From contig OX597815.1 of the NCBI GenBank assembly GCA_951406725.2, positions 19,282,001 through 19,346,000 on the forward strand: a stretch of DNA of 64,000 bases, given 5' to 3'. Within the stretch, counting starts at the first letter, position 1, and every line of letters begins with the position of its first letter. This document shows, piece by piece, positions 41,115 through 55,617 of this stretch. The notes under the pieces were generated by a model, which had not been told where the DNA came from, did no database searches, and saw nothing but the letters and a program-made list of their open reading frames with translations. The translations under genes were made by a program, and so were the position numbers. The stretch comes from Octopus vulgaris (taxonomy: Eukaryota).

Positions 41115-42482
41115 GTGTGTGTGTGTGTATGTGTGTGTGTCTCTCTCTGTGTGTGGAAATCCCTACATACATACATGTAATATACATATGGAAGACGCGG
41201 ATGGCGACGATTATGAAGATGATGAAGGTAAAGAGGGGGAGAGGAACTGGAGGAGGTCAATGATTTCTAAAAACCATGCAAAGCCTGACCCAAATAATGA
41301 TAGTGGAGCGTTAAGAACTATTCATAATGCAACAGTATTAACACGTATTTGATGTACACTTGTATATTATGCCATACAATGTATAAAACTGTACACAAGG
41401 TACACTGAGTAACATGAAATGTTTTAACAATAACTCACAATTACATTTACGCTTGTTTATAAGATTTAGGTGTAAGCTTCCAAAATCAATTCATAAATTG
41501 CGAGCTGATGTTGTAAATGTATTTTATTTAATTTTCAATACATATGTATATTGTCTTCTGACAAGCAAAAACAAAAAATTAGAGAGAGTAGGATAGAGAG
41601 AAAGGGAAATAAATATATCGAACACAGCCCATGTTCTAAAAGAAAAGGCAGAATCATTAATTTCAAGCCATATCATATATATGTATGATACGTTACTCAT
41701 CTTCCAATATTGCATTCAGTAATTTAATATATGTAGTTCAGTTGCGTTTCGCTTTTCATTAATTTACTGATATTTGATTGATTAATTTTGAAAATAACAC
41801 GATATACGTTTCGTCGTCACTTTCGAGAATAAAAATGTGTGGCTATTGACAGAAAGCTGAGGGCTCTCATTATGTCAAGTCACAACACAACTGTTTTAGG
41901 AATAAATTGACGATATACGATAACTGTGTAAATGAGAATTGCATTTCTTCGTTCTTTTAAATATCATTATATTTACACACAAAAAACTAAACAAAGAAAA
42001 GAAACGCATGCGCACAAACGCACACACACACACACTTACCACACATGAATCTAGCAAGTTTTATAAACGAAGTGTTTAATTGATGCATGTAAATATGTGC
42101 ACCACTCGTTTTATAGTGGATTGTAAAAATTTTAATTTAATTATGCAGATTTAAATAGATATCCCCTCCACATATTTATTTACGTATCTATTTATCATTA
42201 ACTGTCACTCTCTTATCATATTATCCTCTCTCTTTCTCACCCTCACTTCGTCTCTCTTTCTATATATATATATGTGTGTGTATATACATCCACACACACA
42301 CACGCACACATACACACATACACACACATAAAAATATGTTCAATTTGATATAGTATCGAATTCATTTACAAAATTCTATATATAATCTATCATCAGGATT
42401 GATGTAAAAATGCCTACCGATTATTGAAACGATCGTCAGCGTTGAAAAAATGTAATTCCGTCAGCTTTATTCCTTTATTTGC

Positions 42483-42542
<60 letters not shown>

Positions 42543-42865
42543 GCATGTATGTATGTATGTATGTATGTATGTATGTATGTATGTATATAATGCTGAAAAA
42601 TATCAAGCCCTGTGCTATCAGCATGCAAAACTAACTGCAATACCAATAAAACGCAGTGGGCCTGTAGGGACTGCAATCCCAGAGGCACAGTCAGTGCGAT
42701 GCGAGACCCGGGCATTTACATGAGTAATGATTCATCCTTCCATGTAGATGTTGCTAAGTTGGCAATGAAATACAGACACATGACCGGATGTGTGTGTGTT
42801 TCTGTGTGTGTGCAAGTATTATATATACTCTAACACTGGTATCACGTGTCCTTTATCCTTTGCCA

Positions 42866-42920
<55 letters not shown>

Positions 42921-43354
42921 CGTGTATACATTTCTGTACACTTGTATGTATGTATGTATGTATGTATGTATGTGTATGTGTGCATGTATGTATACATGTA
43001 TTTATGTATGTATGCAAGTGTTTATGTATGAATGCATGTATGTATGTATGTATGTATGTATGTATGTATGTATGTTTGCATGTATGTATGCCGTTGGTAA
43101 AGAATAAAGAGCGCAGGATACCAGTGTTAGAGTATGGAAAATTTAATTTGGTCAGTCGGTAGTAAAGCTGTGTTGTTGTCTATACTGCCCATTTGTAACA
43201 CAACTGTAGACTAATGATCCCGGATTCTAATCTAGTTATGCTTCTATTAACCGAATCAATTAAATTATTTATACTCTGCCCCAGTAATGATAATTGTTTC
43301 ATTATTTTTCGTTAATATATATATTTATGTATGTATGTATAGAAATGTATGTGT

Positions 43355-43395
<41 letters not shown>

Positions 43396-44661
43396 TATAT
43401 ACCAACATACAATCACATATGTATATTCATGTATATACACACATACACTCAGAGTAATATATTATTGAATGCCTAAATACTTTTATATGTAATTGATAAC
43501 TTTGTAAGAGAACATTTATTTTTAAAAATCACAAAAACGTTCGCTTATGTAGAGAAATATTCTTTATACGTCTATTTGCTATACTTGCGAATGAATTTAG
43601 ACAAATTTTGTTGCCAGAAAAATAAATCAGAAAGTAAATCACTACACAAAGAGAGATAAATAAATTAACAGGAACCTCGCTGAACAGGAAAATATATTTA
43701 GTATAAAAAATAATTTTACTCGATAATGAAATCTAAATTACATCATATGCATATTATTCTCTGTGATTCCCTACGCCCTCCTAATAACAGTGAATAGCTT
43801 ATCTATATTTAATTTCTCGAGGCCTTTTGTACGTCATTGATGAGGTCAAATGGCATAAACGTGTCGCATAGAACAAACCACATCTATTTATGAGGCTATC
43901 TATTATCTCAACATGAGTTTAATCCATAATGCTAGTGTGTTGAAAAAGCTGCAATTCATATGCAATGTTACTGGAGTTCTGGGCTACGTATATGACCAAC
44001 TCTGACATTGTGGCTTTAGTATAGAAAATGTTCTTCGCAGGCATTAAATATTCATTCGCTAACCACAGTTGATGCAATATCCAGGTGAAACATTTAAAAT
44101 ATTTAGCAATGAATTAGTGGCGTAAAATGCCAGCTACTGTACAAAGTATGAACAGGGGAAGGCGGAGTTTACTTTGTCTATTTAGCAATAATTGATTAAT
44201 TCTAGACTAGTGATGCAAGTAAGTTAATGTGTCGAAATGTCCTTCACACATTATACAACTACAACAGAAAAAAGAAAGCTTAGAAACAAATTAGCATGAA
44301 AATGACCTGGGCAGACTTCAACACACGAACAATCCTATATGATTTACGGTCTCATTATAACTACTTGTCACTGCTATTTGATCTGCAACCATTTTATCTC
44401 TAAATGTTCAACATCGCTCTGATCTTCAGTTTCATCTAAAACTGCTTGACATTTATTAATTGCGTCACAACTTATATTTACAATGCAGCAATTTCTTCAA
44501 TTTCTTGATAAAAAGACAACTGTGATTCCTATACAATTTTTAAATATTTTGCTAACGTTTCGCCTCCTTATGAAAAAGACAATTATACATGTTACCAAAG
44601 TATAGTTTCTTTTGACGTATATTCTGATAAACCAACGTTGTAAAACATTTAACTTCACATA

Positions 44662-44709
<48 letters not shown>

Positions 44710-44710
44710 C

Positions 44711-44897
44711 AGATCACTAGCCACTACACATTCTTTATTTTCCCTCCCTGTTTCTTTCTCTGTTTCTTTCTGTAGAAGAGCATAGGCTCGAAACGTAAAA
44801 GACTTTTTCGCTTCCCGAGCGTTAAACTAATACATCTGTTTGTTGTCTACACCCCATGTCTTCGTCCGTTGGGGATTTTGTTTGTAAATTTTCCCCC
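44711..44897 (+). mobile_element. ~190-bp Penelope-like terminal-repeat element
   Basis: Homologous to the 20728 and 20497 copies; follows (TA)n. Confidence 0.8.
44765..44802 (+). ncRNA. Minimal hammerhead-ribozyme-like motif, A6U core variant
   Basis: TCTTT-CTGTAGA-A-GAGC-atag-GCTC-GAAA-CGT-A-AAAGA. Stem I is 5 bp, stem II is 4 bp, stem III is the loopless palindrome ACGT, and the triplet is GUA. Confidence 0.62.
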
Positions 44898-47059
44898 TAT
44901 ACATTAATATATGCGTGTGTTTGGTTTCTGCGTGCGTATATGTTAAATTTGGGCCATTATTTTAAAGTGACTTTATGAATAACAACTGTATATTTACACA
45001 TGAGCCCATTAAACTGGAAGTATTGTGAAATCTTTTGTTAAATTTGAAATTGATTGAAACACAAAAAACGTATGTATGAGTATGTGTGTGAGTGTGTATG
45101 TGTGTGAATGTGAGTGTGCGTGTATGTGTGTGTGCGTGTGGTCTTGTGTGAGTATGTGTACGTGTTTGTTTTATGTTGGCCATGTCCAAGCACGACTGGT
45201 TATGAAATCGCTTCTCATTTAAGTGATTTCCATGCCAGCTTGTGGCGTCTTCTATCATACTGTCGGTGGAATACAAGTGATATGAGTAAACTTGGGCAAA
45301 TGGAAGACTGTTAGTTTGACTGAGCTTGTATTTAAGAAGGGCCAGCTTTATGGCATACATTATCTATGTGATTAAATCTGTATGTAGATTTTGTTAAAGG
45401 TACGAGTGTATACGAAATAAGAGAGCACTTCCACTAAAGCGAAATGAAAATAAATCATGAAGAAAGTTAAAGCAGGACGCAAATTTAGCACACCGAGAAT
45501 ACCAATGTCAGTATCTAACAGAGTTGGATATATTTGCTTATGATATTTGAGCAGAAAACTTCTCATTCATAGGGCTTTACAATCAAATATTCTATATGAA
45601 GGCAATTATATTTGACTTCTACTTTCTCGTAGAAACATGGATCGCAATTCACACAACATCAAGGCTGGGTAGTCAATGATTAATTTCCATTGTCTTTCTG
45701 TACAATTATGGACTCGTTAACCATATATAACCTGTCGGGGGGTTTTCATAATTCAAAAATGCAGCCTTGTCACACTGATCCTCAGAACTAGGTTAAGGGT
45801 ACATATGTCTATGGAATGTTTACTCTTTCTCTGTCTCTTACTCTTTCCCTTCTCCTCACATATATTTATGAATTTAGACACAAATATATACGCGCGTGTG
45901 TGTGTGTGTATGTATATATGCATGTATACACATACACCTGCACAAAGACACATACGTTCACGAACAAGTATATACGAGTGGTGGGGAGATATTATATAAG
46001 CTTAGAAAACAGGAACAATATGAGAAAATAATTAAATCTAAACTAAACACAACTGTATGAATAAACTAGCAAAATAATACATAATAGCGTAAAATATGCA
46101 TAAACCGAAATCACAAAGGAAAACACGAAAGAACAAAATATAATATTCATAAAAAAAATTTGACGGAAAGGTACTCAGTACTGTTGGATAATACTTCTGA
46201 ATACATACTTATTTTTATTATTTGCAATATCTGTGTGTGGACGGTTTGAAATGTTTGTCAGTGTGTCTCGAAATAGCAAAGTATATGCTACTATGGATTG
46301 TACGTCAGCGTTATCATGGGCAAGTGTGTGAGAACATTCAAAGCACATCTGCATTTTGCTGTGATTTATTTCAAAATATTTTTTGTCTCGGTATATTCTT
46401 TATAAATAGGCTTAAATCTGAAGAAGTGCAAGAAATTCGAAAAAATATCACTTTCCGAGAGAAATAATTTACTTTTCCATTTTCTGGTCAATATTTTAAG
46501 AATATCTTTTATTTTTTTATTGATTGCATTGTTTTCTCTGATATGTTCTTTATTTAGATTTTACCTATTTAATTTGTTCTATTATATTTATTGATTCTTC
46601 TCAATCACTTTCAATCCCCTTACTGGCTCTCAAGTCATTTTTCTTTAACTTTCTTTCAAACGTTATAGAATATTTCTAAATGTGTAATATTTTATTTTTA
46701 AATGAAACTTTAAAATAAAATGCGTCTTTACACATACACAAACGAGCATACATTCACACACTCACATACATGCCCACACTAATATATAGAGATATGTGCG
46801 TGTATATGTGTCATTGCGAACTATGCATATATGTACAAGCGCAAATATTTCTGTGTGTCCAGAATATAAAAGAATAGTATTATATTGGTATGTATATATG
46901 CACATATGTGTGCTCGTACATAGATAATATATATGCAGATTTTACATATGAAAAACCGTTTGACGCTAAGCAAATAGGTATCGAGTTAAATACGTAAGAG
47001 CGTTAAATATTTAACTGCACAAAGAAATTACATTAAGTTTAATTACCAGAACGCTATAG

Positions 47060-47280
47060 ATAATAATCTTTTCGGTTATAGGCACAAAACTCGAACTTTT
47101 GGGGTGGGGGAAATACAATTAAATCACATCCAGTGCCAAAGTGATACTTATTTATCGACCTTAAATGAACGGAAGGCAAAGACGACTTCAGCAGAATTTC
47201 AACTCAGAACGTAAAACAGGAAGAAATATCGCTAGCCATTTTTGTTCGGCGTGCTAAGGATTCGCCCAGCTTACTGCCTA
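47060..47280 (-). mobile_element. SINE family B copy
   Basis: TTTATCGACC...GAAGGCAAAGACGACTTCAGCAGAATTTCAACTCAGAACGTAAA. Confidence 0.78.
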
Positions 47281-48145
47281 CAATGATAATCCCTTTCATA
47301 GGTCCAAAAAAAAAAGAATGGAGGTTGTAGAGGGGGTCTTTAATAAACCAGCCTCTCAGTTCACAAAAAAAAAACAGAAAAAGTAATCAGCTTACTGTAA
47401 TGTATATGTCCCGGAAAAAAAGCCATATATTGCTTCATAAAAAATCTATTTGAAACAACTGCTCAGGTTTAACATTTTAGCCAAGAGAAACTAGAAACTT
47501 TTATCGCTATAAATGAAACATACCCGAAGAGTAAACGCCATAAACTTTGTTCTCTACTCATATTAGATACGTGCGTTTCATTTTTAAAGGCATTTATCAA
47601 GGAGCAGAGTGATTTCAAATCTTCTAAAGATCAATGACGGTGAAAGGTGAAGAGCCTTAAACAAAGTACCATATTTTCTCCATAAATAAACCTAAAAATA
47701 TACATATATATCGGTGTGTGTGTGTTGTGTGTATGTGTGTGTGTATCCATGCACGTGCATGTATGTGCATATGTGTGTACGTATGTATCTATGTATGTAT
47801 GTGTGTGGGTATGCTTATTTCATCATTAAATCGGAAAGAATATAGAAAAATTACAGAAAACTTTAAAAAGCTGAAATTATATTGATATACGTATTCCTGG
47901 GAGTGAGTTTGACGTATATAATTCATATAAATATATCTAATAAAAGTGAGAAGGATGGAGGAGAACACGAAAAAGAAGGAGTCAGTTCAGCTGAATGTGA
48001 CTTCTTTCCTGTACCACATAAAAACCCCTTTCAACCGAAAAACTCGTGAGTAAAATTCGTAATAAAATATTTTCTACAAATCGAAACAATATCTGGCTCC
48101 TTATTTTTCCTTTTTCACTTCTAACCTTCTCACTTTTGTTATAAA

Positions 48146-48540
48146 TACTCTTTAAGTATTTTACTTGTTTCCGTCATTTCCCTGCGGCCATGCTGGGAAC
48201 ACCGCCTTTAATCGAGAAAGTCGACTCCAGGACTTATTCTTTGAAAGTCTAGTACTTATTCTATCGGTCTCTTTTGCCGAACCGCTAAGTTACGGGAACG
48301 TAAATACACCAGCATCGGTTGTCAAGCGATGTTGAGGGAACAAACACAGACACACATATACAAATATACGACGGGCTTCTTTCAGTTACTGTCTACCAAA
48401 TCCACTCACAAGGCTTTGGTCGGCTCGTCGGCCCGAGGCTATAGTAGAAGACACTTGCCCAAGGTGGTACGCAGTGGGACTGAACCTGGAACCATTTGGT
48501 TGGTAAGCAAGCTACTTACCACACTGTCACTTCTGCGCCT
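48146..48540 (-). mobile_element. tRNA-derived SINE family A, full length
   Basis: Collinear with the 6944 and 17095 copies. Confidence 0.9.
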
Positions 48541-48626
48541 AAATGTTTATAGAAATTATTTATGTCGAAGTCACCTCAAGTATATAAAAGCGTAGAATAA
48601 AATTGTTCCATACTTATCAGTATTTG

Positions 48627-48678
<52 letters not shown>

Positions 48679-48889
48679 GTATGTGTGTGTGCGTGTGTGT
48701 GTCTAAGAATTTATATAGGTATATACGTATTTATGTATACAGGCTGGTCCAAAAGTCAACGAAAGATAAAATATTAATTTTTAAAAAGCTTTTTTCTAGA
48801 TTTGATTTTTGCAGCTAACTTACATGTGTTACATATATATATATATTTTTACGTGTGTATGTGTGTGTGTGTGTGTGTGTGCGTGTGTG

Positions 48890-48926
<37 letters not shown>

Positions 48927-51052
48927 TGTATGTATGTATGCATGTATATGATACTAGGGTATTGAAAATTTAAAACACAATTTTAAGAACTTATTAGATA
49001 TTTTAAGTTTTGGCCCACCCTATACATGTGTGTGTCTGTGTTTGTGTGTGTGTATGTTTGTGTGTATGTGTGTGTGTGTGTGTATCCTATATATCGACTT
49101 GTAGAAAGCTAGTATTTATCGATTTCACTGTGGTTCAGATTTTTCTTTCTAACTTTTGGTATGCAACAGTAAAATCCATATATATATATATGTATATGAA
49201 TTTTACCTTTTATATATATAAAAATATATATATATATATTATATCTGTATATATAACTTTAAAATATGTATTATATATTCTACCTTACACACATATATAT
49301 ATATATATATATATATGACATGCAAAAATTAATACACATATAATATTGGAAAATACAACATTCAGAAAGTCTTTCATAAAGAATATTCGTAAATATATAT
49401 CAAAGATGATTGAAGTTATTTGCAATTTATATCTATAATGATATTCCCAGAGAACTCTATTTCTTAATATTTCACATGATCATATATTTCGATAAGAGCT
49501 ATTTAGTGAAATTATATATATTTACTATTAAAGATATATACGTTTCCCGACAAAGCCTTTCTTATATATTGAATTATAAATCAATAACATTAATATGGGG
49601 GAATTAAAAAGATAGGAATCAATGGCATACAGTTAATAGCTATAACTAATGGTAATTATGATATTAGAACATTAATTAAAAGCAGTTAACAATTCTTTTA
49701 AGTCCTGTAATATTTCAATAACAGCGTCGTAGCCAAACAGGATATAAATCCTTTATCGCCGCTGGAATCAAAAACACGAGACGTTGATTCTTTACCTCCC
49801 AGGCCGGATTAATTCATCAAAGCCCGAACTCAACATGAAAAAAGCTGTATCGATGGATAAAAAGAGAAAAACAGAGAGAGAGAGGGAGAGAATGCAAAAG
49901 AGAACAAACATTGAGAGGGGTATAACACATGAAAGGAAGAGCAAAGGAATATTTGTGGGAACTGTTGAGATTTATGTTAGGGACAAATGTAATGGTTAGG
50001 AATACTTGAAATGATTAATAAGGAATTTTAACAAGGCATCACGACTGAAGATCATTGGTTCTTACATCACAGTACATATTCAAATGACTTGTAAACTAGA
50101 CTACCAAGAAAACGTGATCTTGTTGCTAATTCAGATCTGTTTATTGGTTTCCTTCAACGCTCAAGATGATCTCTACATTTCATTTCCTCTTTACTTTTAA
50201 TTTTTGATGTTGGAAGATTGTAAACCATATAAAATGAGTTCTATGCTGCATAAAATTACTTCTCAATACAACGGCAACTCTAAGTTTGTATAGGCTCCAG
50301 CCATAGGATGCATGCGTATGCATGATACTTGAATCCAGGCCTCTTTTCCGCTTCGTCGAACTCATCCTGAAACTAAATGTTGTCGCCTTTTCAAGTGATT
50401 TCTTCCGAATTAAGCTTACTTGTTTGTTCAGCGTTTTGAAGCCCATATTGTGATTCAGTTTACTCAGTGATACTCAGTGGGCTTATGACCCCAGGCAGTT
50501 TGATGAGTCGATAGAGAAAGCATATATGACAATAAAACTGTGTTTTTGTAAAAGATACTGGTGGATATATATTGAGTTGAGTGATGGCAGAACGTAAGAT
50601 GGATACAAAAATATGCGACGTTTTAGTCAGTAGTTCCATCGCCCCTAGACACACCAAACGAGATGTTTCCGAACTCGTTACCTTACATGTACTTTCGGTA
50701 ACTTTCAATTATTCTATTATTCAATTATTCAATTATTCTAGTAGACGAATGTTTGATCGACTGCTTAAAAGGCATCATCTCTAACATGCTATATTTTTTG
50801 CGGTGTACATAATAAACATTATTTATGGGAATCGTATTACAGTTTCGGAAGCATGTTATCTACGGAGTTTGTTTCCTCCTTAATTGCCTACGTCTCTTCT
50901 CTTAACACTAACATCCCCAAATTTCGAATTTTTTAAAAAACTCTGACCACTCTTAAACGTTGCTTCCCTCTGCATTGTACATCTCCCACCTTACTCATCC
51001 TCACACACTCTTGTATTTTCTGCATCTATATCTACCCCTCCACTTCATTCTA

Positions 51053-52346
51053 TCAGGTCATCCCATAAGTTCTGTCCGAATTTTGAATAAAGAAAACAAG
51101 TGATCAAATGTTATATTTAATTGAAATTTAATCATCAATGTACTTTCCCTGATTATCTATGATTTCCTTCCATCTATTTACAAGCGTTTTAATCCCATCA
51201 ATATAAAACTCTTTTGGTTTCAAAGCGAAGAACTCTGAAATGTCAGTTTCGACCTCCTCTTGGCTTGCGAAAGTTATGTCCTACAAATGATTCTGTAAAC
51301 TAGGAAACAAATGGTATTCTGAAGGAGCAATGTCGGGAGAATAAGTTGGATGCGGATTTTTTTCCCAACCAAGCTCTTCGATCTTCTGTGATGTGATCTT
51401 TGCAGTGTGAGGTCGCGCATTGTCCTGATGAAACATCATTCCTTTTCGATTCACTAAAGTGGATCTTTTTTCTACAAAGCTTGGTTCAAACGCTCTAATT
51501 GCTGGCACTAGGCTTGAGCATTGATTGCTGAATTATGTGGTAACAATTTAAAATGAATTACTCCTTTGCAATCCCACCAGATAGAGAGAAGAAACGTTTC
51601 TCATGAAGTTCCATTCTCGGTTGTGGTTGAGCTTTTTCTCCTTTACCTAGACACTATTTACGATGTTTAACATTTCGATTGAAGATCCATTTTTCGTCAC
51701 CAGTCGCAAGTCTATCCAAAAAAGGGTGAAAGGAGTTCGCAAGAATGGAGAGAAAAGCGGATGTCAACTCGGGATTTGCGGTTGCTTTCGGACAATTCAT
51801 GAGGCACCTATTTTCCAAGTTTAGAAACCTTTTCAAGTTGTTGAAGATGACGATGAACAGTTGTATGGTTTGAACTAAGCTTTATTGATAATTCTTCAAC
51901 AGTTAATGCAGGATTTTCTTCAAGTAATGCCTCAAGGAGCTTTTCATCAAACTCAACTGGACATCCTGTTCGATTTTTATCTTCAAGGCTGAAATCTCCA
52001 CTTCTGAATTTTGCAAACCATCTTCTGCAAGTTCTTTCATTCAAGCATTCTTTCCCATAAACTGAGTGTATATTTCAAGTCGCTTCGGCTGCAGAGTTTC
52101 CTTTTTGTACTCATAAAGCATTCTGTGCCTTAAATGCTCTTTGGACACTTCTATGTTAGAAAGGGTTTTAATCAATGAAATTTTAATTCTATTATTCTGT
52201 AAAGTAGTATTTAATTAGTTTCAATGTACACAAATGCATAAAAATAAATATTTAATATTTAATTCTATTAGACATTCTAAAATACTATTAAATTTCATTC
52301 AATCTTAAAAAAGGTAAAATCGGACAGAACTTATGGGATGACCTGA
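51053..52346 (-). mobile_element. Full-length mariner (Tc1/mariner) transposon, 1294 bp
   Basis: Perfect 27-bp TIRs TCAGGTCATCCCATAAGTTCTGTCCGA at 51053-51079 and 52320-52346. TA on the left flank (51051-2) and TT on the right. Confidence 0.97.
51128..52154 (-). pseudogene. Mariner transposase pseudogene
   Basis: The start codon has decayed to ATA. Motifs present: HTH region RRWFAKFRSGDFSLED..RTG.P, K*VPHEL, TGDEKW, HQDNARPH, YSPDIAPSEYHLF, GKYIDD*. Multiple stops and frameshifts. Confidence 0.96.
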
Positions 52347-54304
52347 TTGTTCAATCATTTTCTCAACCATAACCGTGCAGCAGTTGTGATAAAACCTATT
52401 TAAGCTCATTTACGTTTACAGCAATCTGTGATTTATTATATGGAAATTTGTATAAAATACATTAAGCATAGTGAAGGGGTATTACCCATAGCATTTACCA
52501 ATTATTCTAGACTATTGAGATTACAAGCGTTAATATCTACGGAAATATTAGTAAATATTCTAATACCTGACTCGTTACATGGTGAAGGCATAAAACTACA
52601 AATTGGGTAATTTTTTGTTAAAGTATTTGGACGTATCTTCTTTATCACATATACACACACACACACGCACAAGAACACATACACAAGCACACACACAAGC
52701 ACACACAAACATGTGTGCATGCGTGTGTACATGTAGTGCTATGAACAGAAAATGCTTCATTAAACATTGATCACAAATATATATTTTCTATTTCAATAAA
52801 TTCATTTTCTAAACAGATTTTCTATGAGATCTACATAAATTTATAATTCCCTTTGCTCATTTTGTCATTAGGAAAAGCAAGAAACAAGAAAACTGATAAT
52901 AACAGTTGTGTGGAGAAATGACAGAATGTTCTGAGGCAAAGTGTATTATTCTTGATGTTTCAGAATTTGAGAAAATTAGTATGCGCACATTTTAAGTAAA
53001 TAAATACAATATTTTTAGAATGTAGTAATCCGCGGTTAAAATTCGTATACGCTCGAGAGTAGTCGATTGGAACAAGTTTTCGAGAGAAATTTATGAATAT
53101 TTTATAAAACTAAATTAAGTTTTGATGGAATAAATAGTCGAAATATAATTAAATGGAAGTGTCTACGTGAATATAAGTTTAAGAAAGATGATTGGCTAAT
53201 AGGTGTAACAAATTGAATTATTTATGATAATTATTTATTTTAATAAAATGAAGATCAATGGTAGAACGAATCATGGAAAATTAGGCCAAGATAAATCTCG
53301 GTAGCATAGTTTGTTTCAAAAAGCAATTTCTTATAAAAGTATCAAAAAAATAACATTAGATATGTTTTAAATATATTATATCTGAATACGTTATCTCGCC
53401 CTACGTTGCTATAATTCCATTTCGTATGCGCTTACCAATCGATATAGGGGAAAATATGAAGTCTATAGTTTCTAAAGTTCAAGTAAAACGATACTGATTT
53501 GCCATTGACATATGCTTTAATATATTCAATTCGAATAGACTTATAATTGAAATATATTGAAATAGCTCCTAAATACATCTCAATATTGAATTATGCTAAT
53601 TTCCGAAATATAAATATTATAAATACGTGACTATATTTACAGTATAAAATATACAAAAATGATTTTCATTTGTCTTATACATGACTATCCATATTGTTTC
53701 ATTTATCTCCGTTGTTAGATATAGGATTTTCCAAAATGTGTCTTATAATAATCTTTACATTCAGTGTCTGTTTATATAGATTTCGTTGAATCCACACTAG
53801 CAATCCCTTTATAATGTATGCTATATTTTGTTTCCTTTGAAATTAAATTATATACCTCAAAGAAATAACATATCTCCATCACTTAAAATGCTGACACACT
53901 GAAAACTATTTTTCGCTGTTCCTTGGAAAATTTAACGTCAAAATTATTTAAATTTACCACTTCGAATATGTTTTAGAATATCGTTTACATCACATTTTGT
54001 ATTCTAATGTAATGCCAAATTATTATGTTAAAACAGAATACAACCATTAATAATAATCAAAGAAAACTATTGTTTTTTCTAATCAAAACCGCTTTAAAGT
54101 TACCACGTTCACACGTTCATATATACACAGAGACATTATGCGAAACATATTCTTCTCTTTGTACACAAATATACACACAGTCACACACTACCTAACACAC
54201 ATTATATATATTATATGTATATATGTATATATATATATATATATGTGTGTGCGTGTGTGTGTGTGTGTGTGTGTATGTGTATATCTATCTATCTATCTAT
54301 CTAT

Positions 54305-54391
<87 letters not shown>

Positions 54392-54498
54392 AGCAGCAGA
54401 AAATATATATATATATATATAACAGATTTTGTTGAATTTTCTGCTGCTTAAAATAAAGATATTACTCTACCACTATATACTCTCTTTCCACCTTGTTT

Positions 54499-54576
<78 letters not shown>

Positions 54577-55201
54577 TGTATTACTTCTTTTACAATGGGT
54601 TTTATGACATATTGCAATTTTTGCAATCACGTTTTGCTCTCACCAATATTACACCAATAATGCCGTTTATCTGTTTCCCAGTTCTTCATTCATGTGCGTA
54701 CCTGCACTCTAGTACATAAACAGATCTACTGAGTGTGAAGGAGTCGTAACGAGTGAAAAAGTCTGACAGTTTTAGCCTCTCCCCGGTTGCATCAAAAGCC
54801 AATGCTTTTAAAACGCTTTTAACGTCAATATTGTTGCAGGTTTATGGCAAAAAGCTTGTGATACGACGGAGCGAAAGTCCTCAACTGAACAACATCGTGC
54901 TTACGTTTCCACAGGCGTTACTTATATTCTTTTTGATATGTATTATTTTAGATAGATTGGATTCACCGGAGATGTTATGTATGCATCAGAAACAAACTAT
55001 TCTGTTCACATTATCTATCACATTAGCTGTTATATATTTCATTCACTCCATCATTCTATAACACAATCACTCCCATTTTCTCTTTTCATTTTCTTCTCTC
55101 TCTCTCTTTCTCCCTTGAACTTTCTTTGCACTTCTTCCACATTCGGTGGGTTACGTTATTTCTCTTTATCAGTCACTCTCTAATTCTGGCGTCTCCTGCA
55201 T

Positions 55202-55317
<116 letters not shown>

Positions 55318-55363
55318 GGGGTAAAAGTCACAGTATACAGATATGAACGGCTACATATAATAG

Positions 55364-55572
55364 CATAGTAATATATAGTATATGTACATATACATATATG
55401 CGTGCATTTGTGTATGTATTCAAATAATGTATGTGTGTATGTATGTAGGTATGCATTACATACATGCATACATAGATACATAAATACATTCATACATACT
55501 TACATAAATATACACACATGCACACACACTCATATATACTTATACGTATACATTATATATATGTGTATGTGA

Positions 55573-55617
<45 letters not shown>

